Shown: positions 49,031 to 62,290, numbered from the whole stretch's first letter. The stretch: 63,895 nucleotides of DNA, filler included, from Octopus bimaculoides (GCF_001194135.2; 6 parts of 6 records of this genome joined end to end with filler, not necessarily neighbours in it); one strand, 5' to 3'. Notes: generated from the sequence alone by a model not told the origin. Translations and numbers: made by a program.

Positions 49031-49864
49031 TACTATGGAACGAATAAAATTGCACCATCTAAAGATAGTCTACGGTATTTTCTTCCGTTTTAGTCACGTC
49101 CCTTTAAGTTAAAGTCGACTTGCCTTTCGTCTTTAAACAGGATCTACAAAATTTGCGTCCTGTAAAATTCGGAGGTTGGACTTTATATTCCTATAATATA
49201 TCCTCGATATGCATGGAATTACAAAAGAAGGCTACGATGACTAAATCTCTTTAAGGCAATGCTCCAGCTAGGCAACGGTTTTAATCAATGAAACTACTAA
49301 AAGAAAGGACACAAAAGAATAATTCATACGCAGAATAGTGTCTGGCCATCCTACTCACTAACATCTTACTCACGTGTCCTAGTCACAATAGAGTAATGGC
49401 GGTTACAACAAAAGAAAACAGTTGACAAGTTAATTAAACGTCTATTGTTAATAATCTTTGGTGCTTTAAACACTTTAGACAAATTACGCTGTTATAAGAA
49501 GAAAACGAACAAAACTGAAATGGTAACATTCGTAATTCGAGGAGCCAGTGAAAGACTGTATCTGCAACAAGGGTTATAAAATCTAAGATAATTTGTCGGT
49601 TCTATATTGTGAAAGATTTCGGCGTTTCGGACACAGATCTTTCATCAGAAACGTCAGATTTGTTTCCACTCCTCATGACAGTCAAACAAAGAATTTTGAA
49701 CTGACATAACTAAAAGCTTGGTCGAGCTCTAAGAATATTTTAAAGACAATGATACTCTACTTTTGGTGCTTTCCTATTATCGACAGCCGGATGTTTTTTT
49801 CTTTATTTATTCACAAAACGATTGAACTCTTGAGATGGATGAAAAAATTGATCGATTAACAAGA

Positions 49865-50100
49865 CCGGATATCCGGTTTCCATGACGTATAACTGACCGA
49901 AACCACAACATTGTCCCTGAATGGGATGTCAGGTCGTCCCAGAGTTATTCATTTACAGCTGAGTGGACTGCAGTAATGTAAAATGAAGTGTTTTACTCAA
50001 GAACACAATGCACCACCCCGTCTGGGAATCGAAGCCACGATCTCGCGAATGTGAGTGCAACACCATAACTACAAGACGATAAGACCCCCGCACCTTCACG
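49865..50100 (-). mobile_element. tRNA/CORE-like SINE with a different 3' part (possibly V-domain-like)
   Basis: B-box-like GGCTTCGATTCC, GTGTTCTTGAGTAAAACACTT, then ACATCCCATTCAGGG...CATGGAAACCGG. Domain name is from memory only. Confidence 0.55.
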
Positions 50101-50305
50101 CAATGTACTTAAGACTTGCTTTATCTAATGAGTCCTTTAAAAAAAAAACAAGTGCATGTTGTGACTCGTCGGATATTTGGCTGTTCTTTCTGGTAAGCCA
50201 AACAACTACAGAAATGTCTCGTCCTATTGATTGGCGAACATTTTAGATTTTAACAGGAAACAGTTAAAATGAGATTTATTTATGGTAATGCATATCCTTT
50301 TCCCA

Positions 50306-50459
50306 CAGTAGCGTGGCCGGAGTGTGTGCAACCTGGAGCAGCCCTTGATTTTGTCACTTCTATACAGGCTTACACAGCGAGCACAAAAGTACTTCCCTTA
50401 TAAAAGCGCCACTAGGGACGGACCTCCACCATGGCCCCAGCGTCCTAGCTACACTACTG
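50306..50459. mobile_element. hAT-type MITE (154 bp)
   Basis: 12-bp TIR CAGTAGCGTGGC / GCTACACTACTG with flanking 8-mers TTTTCCCA / CTTTCCCG (decayed TSD). Confidence 0.75.
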
Positions 50460-50609
50460 CTTTCCCGAGAATGGTGGACTCTCCTGTCGTAGATGACAGT
50501 TGAGGCGTTCGACATCTTATTGCTGAACATCCTGCTCAGACGATTTGCTTATGGTGGGCAAATGCTTGTGTTGTACATAATAATCTTACTCCCTTCCCTC
50601 AAATAGGGA

Positions 50610-50724
50610 CCCGGGACTTATTCTTTGTAAGCTTAGTACTTATTCTATCGGTTCCTTTTGCCGAACCGCTAGGTTACGGGGACGTAAACACACCAACACC
50701 GGTTGTCAAATGATGGTGAGGGGA

Positions 50725-50789
<65 letters not shown>

Positions 50790-50946
50790 GACAGGCTTCT
50801 TTCAGCTTCCGTCTACCAAATCCACTCACAAGGCTTTGGTCAGCCCGAGGCTATAGTACAAGACATTTGCCCAAGGAGTGACGCAGTGGGACTGAACCCG
50901 GAACCATGTAGTTGGGAAGTAAGCTTCTTACCACACAGCTATGCCT
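50610..50946 (-). mobile_element. SINE family A lacking the 3' hairpin tail
   Basis: Co-linear with the other family A copies. Confidence 0.88.
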
Positions 50947-51354
50947 ATTTCATTCATAAATCATAACTCAGTCGTAATTTCGCTACGCCAAGAACGAACC
51001 TCCCGCTGTGAATGTTATCAAAACGAATTAAAGGAGTGTAGCTGTGCTGTTATTCAACACACCCAGTTGAATATTTATGCATCGAAATGTTTTGTTTCCG
51101 TTTTTTCTTCTTTTCATAACAAAACACGAGACTAGGTCAGCGTGGTCAGATTACAAATATTGCAGTCGTCCGCACCTAATTAAATGGAAATTGCACAAGT
51201 GTAGAATAATGTCTCAGCAAAAGCAAACAATCTGTAATGAGTTGCGCACCTACAGACCTTTGTTGAGTCGATAGCTGAAGGATGGTTTTAGTTATTTTGT
51301 ACGAGAATTAGGTTCAGTTGATTTATAATTAATATCGGTATATTATTAATGAAG

Positions 51355-51635
51355 GCAAGGCTGCGAGACAGCAGAATCGTTAGCACACCGGACTTAGCCG
51401 TATTTCGTCCGTCTTTATGTTCTGATATTGACTTTGCTTCTCATCCTTTCGGGGTCAGTGAAATAAATACCAGCAGAGTACTGAGGTCACTAGTGTAGCT
51501 ACAGTGTGTGCCACCCGGGGTGGACCGCCCCAGCCGCCCTCACCTCCAGTTACGCTAGTGATTGGGATTGATGTAATGAAGTATCCCTCCTCTCCCTTAA
51601 TTTCAGGCCTTGTGCTTATAATAGACAAAATATCA
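51355..51635 (+). mobile_element. SINE family B interrupted by a 73-bp MITE
   Basis: Family B body resumes at 51561 after the insertion. Confidence 0.7.
51488..51560. mobile_element. 73-bp hAT-type mini-element
   Basis: TIR CACTAGTGTAGC / GTTACGCTAGTG with flanks ACTGAGGT / ATTGGGAT, both near the SINE's single target ACTGGGGT. Confidence 0.75.
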
Positions 51636-51637
51636 CT

Positions 51638-51906
51638 GGAGAGGGCGCATGACCGGGTAGCTAGGGTATTACACTCACAGTCGCTAGATCATGGGTTCGA
51701 CTCGCAGACCAAGCAGCGCGTTGTGTTCTTGAGCAAGACACTTCATTTCACTCAGTTACAAATGGGTTACCCTATGACAGTATAGCCACCCGATCGGGGG
51801 CTCGCCTTACCAGTGGAGTGACGTCATTCGAAAGTTAAAACAATGCAAAGCACATTGTGACCAGCGATGTATAACACCGTCCGATAATCTGGCCGATGCC
51901 GTGATA
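51638..51906 (+). mobile_element. tRNA/CORE-like SINE (family E)
   Basis: GGGTTCGACTC B-box, GTGTTCTTGAGCAAGACACTT block, and tail TGTGACCAGCGATGT...GATAATCTGG. Confidence 0.7.
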
Positions 51907-52027
51907 TTACTAGTAGGCGGAGGTTTTGAGTTCAAGACTTGCTGGGGCCAACTTTAAAGTTCATCCTTTCCAAATCGATAAATAAATTGAAATACCTATC
52001 GATTCGCCTTTTTCTTCGTATTTCTCT

Positions 52028-52126
<99 letters not shown>

Positions 52127-52223
52127 CTCTCTCACTCACTCAGGTTTTTCTCTCTCTCTCTCACTCTCTCAGATTTCTCTTTCTCTCTCTCACACACACA
52201 CTCTCTCTCACACACACACTCTC

Positions 52224-52262
<39 letters not shown>

Positions 52263-53101
52263 CCCTCTCTCTCACTCACTCACTCAGGTTTTTCTCTCTC
52301 TCTCTCTCACTCTCTCAGATTTCTCTTTCTCTCTCTCAGATTTCTCTCTCTCTCNNNNNNNNNNNNNNNNNNNNNNNNNNNNNNNNNNNNNNNNNNNNNN
52401 NNNNNNNNNNNNNNNNNNNNNNNNNNNNNNNNNNNNNNNNNNNNNNNNNNNNNNNNNNNNNNNNNNNNNNNNNNNNNNNNNNNNNNNNNNNNNNNNNNNN
52501 NNNNNNNNNNNNNNNNNNNNNNNNNNNNNNNNNNNNNNNNNNNNNNNNNNNNNNNNNNNNNNNNNNNNNNNNNNNNNNNNNNNNNNNNNNNNNNNNNNNN
52601 NNNNNNNNNNNNNNNNNNNNNNNNNNNNNNNNNNNNNNNNNNNNNNNNNNNNNNNNNNNNNNNNNNNNNNNNNNNNNNNNNNNNNNNNNNNNNNNNNNNN
52701 NNNNNNNNNNNNNNNNNNNNNNNNNNNNNNNNNNNNNNNNNNNNNNNNNNNNNNNNNNNNNNNNNNNNNNNNNNNNNNNNNNNNNNNNNNNNNNNNNNNN
52801 NNNNNNNNNNNNNNNNNNNNNNNNNNNNNNNNNNNNNNNNNNNNNNNNNNNNNNNNNNNNNNNNNNNNNNNNNNNNNNNNNNNNNNNNNNNNNNNNNNNN
52901 NNNNNNNNNNNNNNNNNNNNNNNNNNNNNNNNNNNNNNNNNNNNNNNNNNNNNNNNNNNNNNNNNNNNNNNNNNNNNNNNNNNNNNNNNNNNNNNNNNNN
53001 NNNNNNNNNNNNNNNNNNNNNNNNNNNNNNNNNNNNNNNNNNNNNNNNNNNNNNNNNNNNNNNNNNNNNNNNNNNNNNNNNNNNNNNNNNNNNNNNNNNN
53101 N

Positions 53102-53248
53102 TTCAATTTCTGTCTATCAAATCCACTCACAAGGCTTTGGTCGGCCCGAGGCTATAGTAGAAGACACTTGCCCAAGGTGCCACGCAGTGGGACTGAACCT
53201 GGAACCATGTAGTTTGGGAAGCAAGCTTCTTACCGCACAGCTACGCCT
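53102..53248 (-). mobile_element. SINE family A 5' half (cut by gap)
   Basis: Near-identical to 44115-44258. Confidence 0.9.
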
Positions 53249-54134
53249 ACATTTAGTCTGAAGCTCGACCCACTGCATCTCCACCACCACCACCATCTTC
53301 TAACACACCATGTGGACACACACACATGCAGCAGGGTTGGTTAAGGTGACTATATTCAAGCGTTGTTCATAACCTACGGTGTAAAGTGTTCCTCCGAACC
53401 GCAATGAAATAACTACATCATTAGTCACGAAGCACAGCATAATCTTTAATGTCTAACTTCTAAATAAAAGATTCAACGGCCCATACAAAAATATAAGGCA
53501 ATGGAGGCAAGAAATTCTACGATAGCGATGGTGGGGCAGACAAAACAAACAACAACGGCCGAGCTGTGGAAGTCAAGAGATATTGGAAAGCGACAACTGT
53601 TTTGTATTTTTTCTCTTTTTTCTGTCTGATAAGTTCATTATTCTCTCGCTTTTATGTTCTGCCAACGATGATGTTTTACTTTCTTCCTTTGTTACAGCAT
53701 TTTATTAGTTTGTCAGATAAATTCGTTCGCCACCCCCACCACACACATACACACTTATTTTAATCCTTTCCGATGTTATTTGAATTAGCATACAAAATAC
53801 TTGTTAATCGTAGTGTTTTATGTGGCGGGGTTGTGGTTCTAATATTCCTCTAAAACATTTGCTTATCGTTTTTGAAATTTGAATAAATTTTAGCGTTTTT
53901 CAATCGTATGACAATGGACTGCCAAGTAGGAAAAAAAAACGAGTGAATTTATCTGACAACTCACTGATTCCCAGTTGTTCAGTCCTGCTGTGTCTTTGTA
54001 TGAACTGCATCCCTTCTGTCACAGCATTTTATCGAAGGCATTGTTACTTGCACAATAGCTTTTCAAATAAACCCTTGGCGCTGTCTACTGGATATTCATG
54101 CGTTTTAGTTCGAGTCATTATCTTTCGTTTAAGT

Positions 54135-54348
54135 GGTGGCGAGCTAACAGAATTGTTAGCATGCCGAACAAAATGATTTACATTATTTTTTCCGGATTTT
54201 TACATTGGTTTCAAATTCCGCCGAGGTTGACTTTGCCTTCCCTCCGTCGAAATCGATAAAATAAATACCAGTTGAGTACTGAGATTGACGTAATCGACTT
54301 TCGCCCTTCCTCAAATTTTCAGGCCCTGTGCCAATAGTACAAAGAATA
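54135..54348 (+). mobile_element. SINE family B, full length, with 15-bp TSD
   Basis: ATCTTTCGTTTAAGT at 54120-54134 and 54349-54363. Confidence 0.9.
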
Positions 54349-55184
54349 ATCTTTCGTTTAAGTATTGATTGCTTTAACACACGGGGCGACAAAATGTTTG
54401 AGAGTAAATAAACAACAACTTAAATGGAATTAAGGTTGGTTCATTTTATTTCCTTCTCCATTCACTATAGAATTGAACTTCTTGATTGGTTTCACGAAAT
54501 TACATAAGTAGTCGACAAACATTTACACTTCCAAGTGATTCTTTAATATCATTTCTAAAACGTTAAACCTGAATGCCGATAGATAAGACAAAGAGACTTC
54601 GTGTTAAAATTCGCGTCTCTTAGCGATACGTGAACTTATTCAATTTCGTTAACTTTATTTTGCTGACACAGACGACTAATCATTAGTTTCCTTGGCCTGT
54701 TTAATCTTTCAAATAAGCTCTTTTGAGTTACAACTCAAAGTCGATAATAGCTATTCAAACTCACACTTTCACACGTAGTCGCGCACGCCTGTTAAATATC
54801 TTTGTGAAAATCAGTAGCTGTTTATGTGTGTCCAACTCTTTGTTGTATTGAAAAGGGTTGTTAACAGAATGTTTGACAAATATTCACCATTTATGTGAAC
54901 ATTTAAACCTGTTGGTTATGAGTTAATATTGTTTGTTTCTTTTTAAAGGAATACTGGCTTTACTAGATTATTACGTAAGTGTGTATAATGGAAGTTAATG
55001 AACCTGCAATCCGAGCTCATTCCTGCTTCATCTTTACAGACGACATTCACATCTACTTCGTGACATAATCTCCAAACCAGTACATAGCTTTCTCTTCCGT
55101 TTAACTACGAAATATTTATCAATCGTGAAACTGCTCTCAGTCATTTTCATTGATATTATCCAGTAATCTTCTTTAATCTTTTAC

Positions 55185-55255
55185 CTATTTCAGTCATAGA
55201 CTATGGCCATGCTGGGGTACCACCTTGACAAATTTAAAATTGACTTCAGTACTTA
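55185..55255 (-). mobile_element. SINE family A 3' tail fragment
   Basis: TTTCAGTCATAGACTATGGCCATGCTGGGGTACCACC. Another short tail lies at 57796-57828. Confidence 0.7.
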
Positions 55256-55329
55256 TTTTATCGATCTCTTTTTCATCTCCTCCGTTTTATCTCCTCCTTC
55301 TTCTTCTTCTTCGTCTCTTCCTCGTTTCG

Positions 55330-55422
<93 letters not shown>

Positions 55423-56600
55423 TTTCTGTCTGTCTACCCACCTCTATCTTTGGAAGAAACTTACTCTCGTCACGCCTGGAAAGGGATGGTNNNNNNNNNN
55501 NNNNNNNNNNNNNNNNNNNNNNNNNNNNNNNNNNTTAATTAATTAANNNNNNNNNNNNNNNNNNNNNNNNNNNNNNNNNNNNNNNNNNNNAAATTTTGTA
55601 AACCGAGAGTTACTTACGTTTCTTGCATAAATAAAAGAAATTTTATTTAACAAACTGTGACACTAAGGACCGAGGTTACCGTGGTCTTTTCGTAGGTTTT
55701 TCTTTCCACGGATAACCTCCCCATTTATTGGGAATTTTCTGTATTATTTCGTATTTTTTGTAAATACCCCAAACGTTTTGCGATGTTTTTTTTTCATCGT
55801 TGTCCCCACTTTTGTTTTTTTTCTGCTTTGTTTTCGCCCCCCTCGAAAAGAAAAAACTCTACATTTGTATTTTGTCCCCTCTGTGTTGAGCCCTGTGTGG
55901 CTAATAAAGAAACATATCTATCTATCTATCTATCTATCTATCTACATACCAGTCTATATGTCTGTATATATACATACACACACATATACAAAGACACCCA
56001 CGCACGCGTACACACACATATGTGTGTACGAATATATGTATATATGTAAGCTATGATAAGTTTCGAAGAACAGGGTGTAGGAAAATAGTAGGCTTCAAGC
56101 AGGCGGTAGAATGTGTAAAAACAACTTTCAGAAACCATAGTAGTTTATTGAATTAGAAGGTTGTGGAATTTTCTTTTATTTCTACCTCTTCGAGTTCATC
56201 TGATCGAAATCGATGAGCTGAATTTTTTTTTTTTAATTTTACGATTAAAAGTTGACTACTGGAATACAGTATTGATGAAGGAAATTGATTATTATCAATC
56301 TACTGTTAAACATCGGAATTGGTTAGTTTTCATTGTTTTTTCTTTTTGTTTTTGCCTTTGTGAGTTACAAGTGATGCTATCTGTGGGATTCTCAGCTTTT
56401 TTAGCTGCTATTTCTGAACTTCGGTATATGGTGAAGCAAATATTTGCTGATCCCTTAATTATATTTATAAATATATATGAGCTTTTAAATAAGTTCTCCA
56501 CCAATAATGGTGCTTTCATACCGATGAGCTTGGTAAAAATTGTTAATTGTTAATTGATTTATTAATTAATAAATTGATAATCCTTTACCCTTTTAATTTG

Positions 56601-56665
<65 letters not shown>

Positions 56666-58824
56666 AATATTTATATATGCACATATATATTCATACATGT
56701 AAATGTATATATGTGTCTGTGTCTGAGTGCGTGATAGTAATACAATGTCACATGTACAGACACTGAGAGAGAGAGTGTATGTCATCATACCTCTGTTAGC
56801 GATAGCATGTGTTTGCTCTAAATTACAACTCAACCAAGTCACGTCAACTCTTAAACGACAGAAAGCGACTGAGATTTATAGCTTATCATATTGTTCTTCC
56901 GTCTGTTTGTCTTTATTGCATATAGTAATGTTTAACCTCACGGAATATAAAGACATTAAAGAGCAACACATTCTGCGTTGCATAGATTAAGTTGGTTGTC
57001 ATTAAATTTAATTAAATTCCTGAAGGATTTATATTGATTTCCTCTTAAATTCTTTCAATATTATTACAAATCAGTATTATTGCTCTTTGCCGCCTCTGCA
57101 GAATGAATGCATGTTTGTATCGTTTTCTAAATGTCATTAAATATAGAAGACAATTTTCAGTAGCGCTCTCGGTGCATCATACTAACTGCATTAATATCAC
57201 GTTCGTTTTTTTTTTTGTTTTTTTAAAAACTTTTTGGCGTGCTGTGCTAGTCGCAAGAATGAGAAATACCTAGCATTCATTTTGGAATATCGTTCTGGAG
57301 ATAGATATGTTACTATGCATAGAATATAAAGACAATCATCTGCACAGACGTAGAAATTCTGAAATTGAGGCTAGTCTGTGATGATATCAAGCACGTTCAC
57401 TCCTGCGAAAGGAAAACAGAACAGACAATATATTTGGAAAATATTTTCGGTTTGTTATTTATTATACAACTGGATTCTGATAAGAAGATTTATTGAACAG
57501 TTTATAACGAACAGTAATACGTATATCAGAATATGCACCAATAGATTTGTGGTACGTGACGTAAGCATTATGTGTTGTTATTAAAAACGATTCAATGAGA
57601 GAAACTTCAAGGATTTCAATATCTGTCTACAAATTAATGGTTATTTTGAGTCAAAACATATACGTACATGGTCATTTTGATAGGGATATGTTTAGTTTTG
57701 CATCTTTAACAGAGGAAACACACAAATGGAGAAATGTGTGGCTGTGAAAGTGAGAATAATCCAATGGGATATATGTATTATATTATTCTTTTATATCTTT
57801 CAGCCACGTGGCTGCGGTCATGCTGGAATGTCTCTGTAATTTTGTACGTTGGCATATTTTTCTTTGTCTAATTTCTTTAGAGTGGTGGCATCTCATATCA
57901 CCAATTCCGTATGTGCATTTCCGTTACTTGTTGACTGTCTAGAAGGATTTGTGGATAATTTAGACAGTAGAAATTCTGTGTCTTAACAAGAAGGATGTGA
58001 ATGTTACCTGGTTTAATGTTATCTGATTGAATGTTATTTGAGTGTATGTCAATATCATGAGCTGTGATCAAAACCCATTCGCTTCTGTGGAAGTATCTTT
58101 AATGCTGTTCGTACATTATAGGATAATATTTAAAAATAATTTTGTGTCCGGTTTACAAAATGTAATCCTTTAAGAGTAAAATGTGATAGAATAAATGACA
58201 ACCCGTTTGCTTACTTCTACATTTAAAAAACAATTGCTCGTCAAAAGCAAATGTGCAAAATATTCCTTTTATTTTTCTCTAAATATTGGGATCATTTCAC
58301 TGTCTTTGTGCCAATATTTTCAAACATCATATGCCTCCTTGTGTTCCGTCAATCATTTATTCAATATGAAGAGTTTAATTAATATTTAATACAAATTTTT
58401 ATGAAACAAATATAATTTCCTGTATTCAAACAAGCAAAGTTGATTTTGTAGTCGCTTTGTTAAAATTGAACGGGTAGACAACTATTGACAATCATTCCGA
58501 CGTAATCTTCTAGCTTTTCTAGTGAAATCTAAAATGTATTACTAAAGTACACCATAGATTAATTACGGTGATATGGTGTAATTACTGTCTCGATAAAAAC
58601 AATTCTCTAAGTATTCTCTAACTTCGCTTTTGAATCTAGATCCAAAAGCAGAGATCACACGTACTCTTGTCAATTAATATACCATACGCTTACTTACTGC
58701 CGTCAGGTCACCACAGATGAAGTGACAAATAAGTGCCAACGTGTTTCACAAACGTATTTTCAAAGCTAATTTTAGCCATGGCTGTAACGCGGAGCTCGAC
58801 CAGATGTGTGCAAAATCTGCACAC

Positions 58825-59232
58825 TTTGATGACCTTGACTGATCAGACTATCAGGCGTTACCTCGACACCGCTGGACACAGCACGCGGTCTATTCCTCTT
58901 TGGATCATACCATCCTCATCCACATAACTGCAAACACTTGTCATTTTAGGTCAATCTACCAGACTGGAAACCTTCCGACAGGCCCCTTCTGCTAACGAAG
59001 ATGCTACTGAAAAACTGCTCGAATCCACAGATTTTCGGTGAACTGTTGCGACGTGGCCAGCGCATCCGAAATTCTTCTTTCTCTATTCAGCGATGAATAA
59101 GGGCGAGCTGGAAAGCGTTCAATTCGATGAAAGGTGTGCTCAAAAGAAAGCTGGATAGGACAACTTAGGGCTTAAGCGCCTTCAATGGCACGGGTTTACA
59201 CGCAATTTTGTACGGAAGCCAAATCTGGGCCA
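58825..59232 (-). mobile_element. RTE-1-like LINE 3' fragment with inverted 5' segment
   Basis: Minus strand 58830-59090: AGHVA..FTENLWIRAVFQ*HLR*QKGPVGRFP. Plus strand 59095-59232: IRASWKAFNSMKGVLK...FNGTGLHAILYGSQIWA. Confidence 0.75.
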
Positions 59233-59422
59233 AAAATTTCCTTAAAAATTTCTTACACTTGTTTCTCTCGATTTCAGCCTTCTATATCGATATACATGCA
59301 TACACAAACTGCGCACACGCACGCACACACACGCACACAGACACACACACACACCCAAACACACATACACACATACACACATGCATGTATGAATGTAAGT
59401 AAGCTTAGATATTCTTAAACTT

Positions 59423-59460
<38 letters not shown>

Positions 59461-60146
59461 CATATATATACATGTGTGTATGTATATATATGTATATANN
59501 NNNNNNNNNNNNNNNNNNNNNNNNNNNNNNNNNNNNNNNNNNNNNNNNNNNNNNNNNNNNNNNNNNNNNNNNNNNNNNNNNNNNNNNNNNNNNNNNNNNN
59601 NNNNNNNNNNNNNNNNNNNNNNNNNNNNNNNNNNNNNNTGTGTGTGTGTGTGTGTGTGTGTACATATATATATATATATATATGTAAGACACACAAACAG
59701 ACAACTATTTAACAAAACTATCAAACAGACGAGCAGCTTATATAGCATGCACCAGAATGTACTGTGTAGATATTGAATTACCACGCAGAATCTATTACAG
59801 GATTTGTATGTAATACTATTTATTTAAAAAGAATTGTAAATACGTTGCATCCATGTTCCCAGGCATTTTCATCTCTCTTGAGTCTACCAAAAAGATGAAA
59901 AAATTCAGAATCCCCCATAAGGACAAAACATATTGGATATATATATTTTTTTTAAATAAAGGAAATACAGAAAATTGAATTTTACAAAAATGGAAAAAAT
60001 GAAAGTAAGAAAAGAGGAAGTTTGTCTGAAGAAAATAACTACCCGTTAAACAGAATGTTTTCCAAGCTTATTTGATGCTACTCGTCAAAACACATTCTTT
60101 AAGGACTCGTATAAAAATAGACATATCCATACGTGCGCAAAGACAC

Positions 60147-60228
<82 letters not shown>

Positions 60229-61287
60229 GTATGTATATATACATGTATATGNNNNNNNNNNNNNNNNNNNNNNNNNNNNNNNNNNNNNNNNNNNNNNNNN
60301 NNNNNNNNNNNNNNNNNNNNNNNNNNNNNNNNNNNNNNNNNNNNNNNNNNNNNNNNNNNNNNNNNNNNNNNNNNNNNNNNNNNNNNNNNNNNNNNNATGA
60401 GAGAGAGCGAGAGAGAGAGGGGAGACAGAGACAGAGAAAGAATGTGAGAGAGAATGATTCCAATGAGCAGATTAAACATTGGTTTTAATATACAAAATAT
60501 ATATGCATTGAAAAAGAGATATACTCAAAGTTTCAAATGATATGCAGGCACGTATATATATATGTGTGCGTGTGCGTGTGTCTGTGTGTATGCGTGCGCG
60601 CACGCATGAACACATATACGTACAGATACACACACACGCATACGCACATGCACACACACACACACACACACGCACGCACAAACACATATATAGTACAGAG
60701 CAAGCTTACTCAGATCATTTAGACTCAAAAGCGTTAGAGGGAAGTAGGCATTACTAGTCCGACAGCTGTTTCTGAGTGCTCAGATTCATCTCATATGTTT
60801 GGCAAACGTAGTTGATCAAAACTTTTACAGCCGGTAATGGAAAGAAACAATCATTGGTAATCTCCAAAGCGTCTCCTCCATCAGGGTATATATATAAGCG
60901 TATATATATATATATATNNNNNNNNNNNNNNNNNNNNNNNNNNNNNNNNNNNNNNNNNNNNNNNNNNNNNNNNNNNNNNNNNNNNNNNNNNNNNNNNNNN
61001 NNNNNNNNNNNNNNNNNNNNNNNNNNNNNNNNNNNNNNNNNNNNNNNNNNNNNNNNNNNNNNNNNNNNNNNNNNNNNNNNNNNNNNNNNNNNNNNNNNNN
61101 NNNNNNNNNNNNNNNNNNNNNNNNNNNNNNNNNNNNNNNNNNNNNNNNNNNNNNNNNNNNNNNNNNNNNNNNNNNNNNNNNNNNNNNNNNNNNNNNNNNN
61201 NNNNNNNNNNNNNNNNNNNNNNNNNNNNNNNNNNNNNNNNNNNNNNNNNNNNNNNNNNNNNNNNNNNNNNNNNNNNNNNNNNNNNNN

Positions 61288-61319
<32 letters not shown>

Positions 61320-62094
61320 TGTATGTATATATATGCATACATACATATACACACGTTACTCTAATGTGCAAGACAAAAACTTATAGTAATACTCGAATGT
61401 TAACTCATCAGCTTATGAAATATTTATATCTTGCTTGATGGAGTACTTTACGTAGTTCACCATACCAAAAACGGAACTGTACACAGACATATAGTTGGAT
61501 ATTAATCTATGTGTGGAAATGCAAAGTTTCACCAAATATCATTAATTTTAATAACATCAATATTAAATTAATTATATAATATATCAACGTGGGATGGAAT
61601 TATCAATTTTAGCTCATTTATCATTATTTCTTCATGTTAAATACTCGTTTACTTTTCATTATATCGCATGCTAATGATAGAAGTGATAAGAATATTTAGC
61701 TAATACTTCATTGCTTCAACACTCCTGTTGTATCACTGACATTGCTTATAGATGATAATGCGATTAAGTTTCTCATGGGAAGATTTTACTTTATTTCAGT
61801 CGCAACGAAACCTTGATTAATCTAAATCATAGACAAAATCAAGACTGACCATTTTTTATAATACTTTATGATATGCAATTTGGTATATAAGACAGTGTGA
61901 GTTTATCATTTCGATTCTGATGGTAGAATAACTAACGGAACGAGACTTTGCAAGAAAGGTATAAACAAGTTTTTAATTTTGTTTGGGATGAAATTAGTCA
62001 TGGTGTATAGTGCAACGCAAAATATCTCATGAAATTAATGATTTCTAAAGAGGCATATTTGATGTTTTCGCATTTATTTCACTATCGACAAAGA

Positions 62095-62290
62095 TGGCGA
62101 GGTAGCAAAATCGTTAGCACGTCGAACGAGATACTGAGCGATATTTCTAAGTTCAAATTATTACGATGTTAGATTTGTTTTACACTCTTCGGAAATCGAT
62201 AAAATAATTACGAGGCAAGTAAAATAGTCGACAAATACGACTTGTTTCTTCCTCTCAAAATTCTTTGCTTTCTGTTAAATTAAGAGAAAA
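62095..62290 (+). mobile_element. SINE family B, strongly decayed
   Basis: GGCGAGGTAGCAAAATCGTTAGCAC head and CGATAAAATAA core. Confidence 0.55.

Noticed and set aside
57860-57990. Strong acceptor followed by short open frames
   Set aside because: Three alternative readings are equally plausible, as expected from noise in AT-rich DNA.
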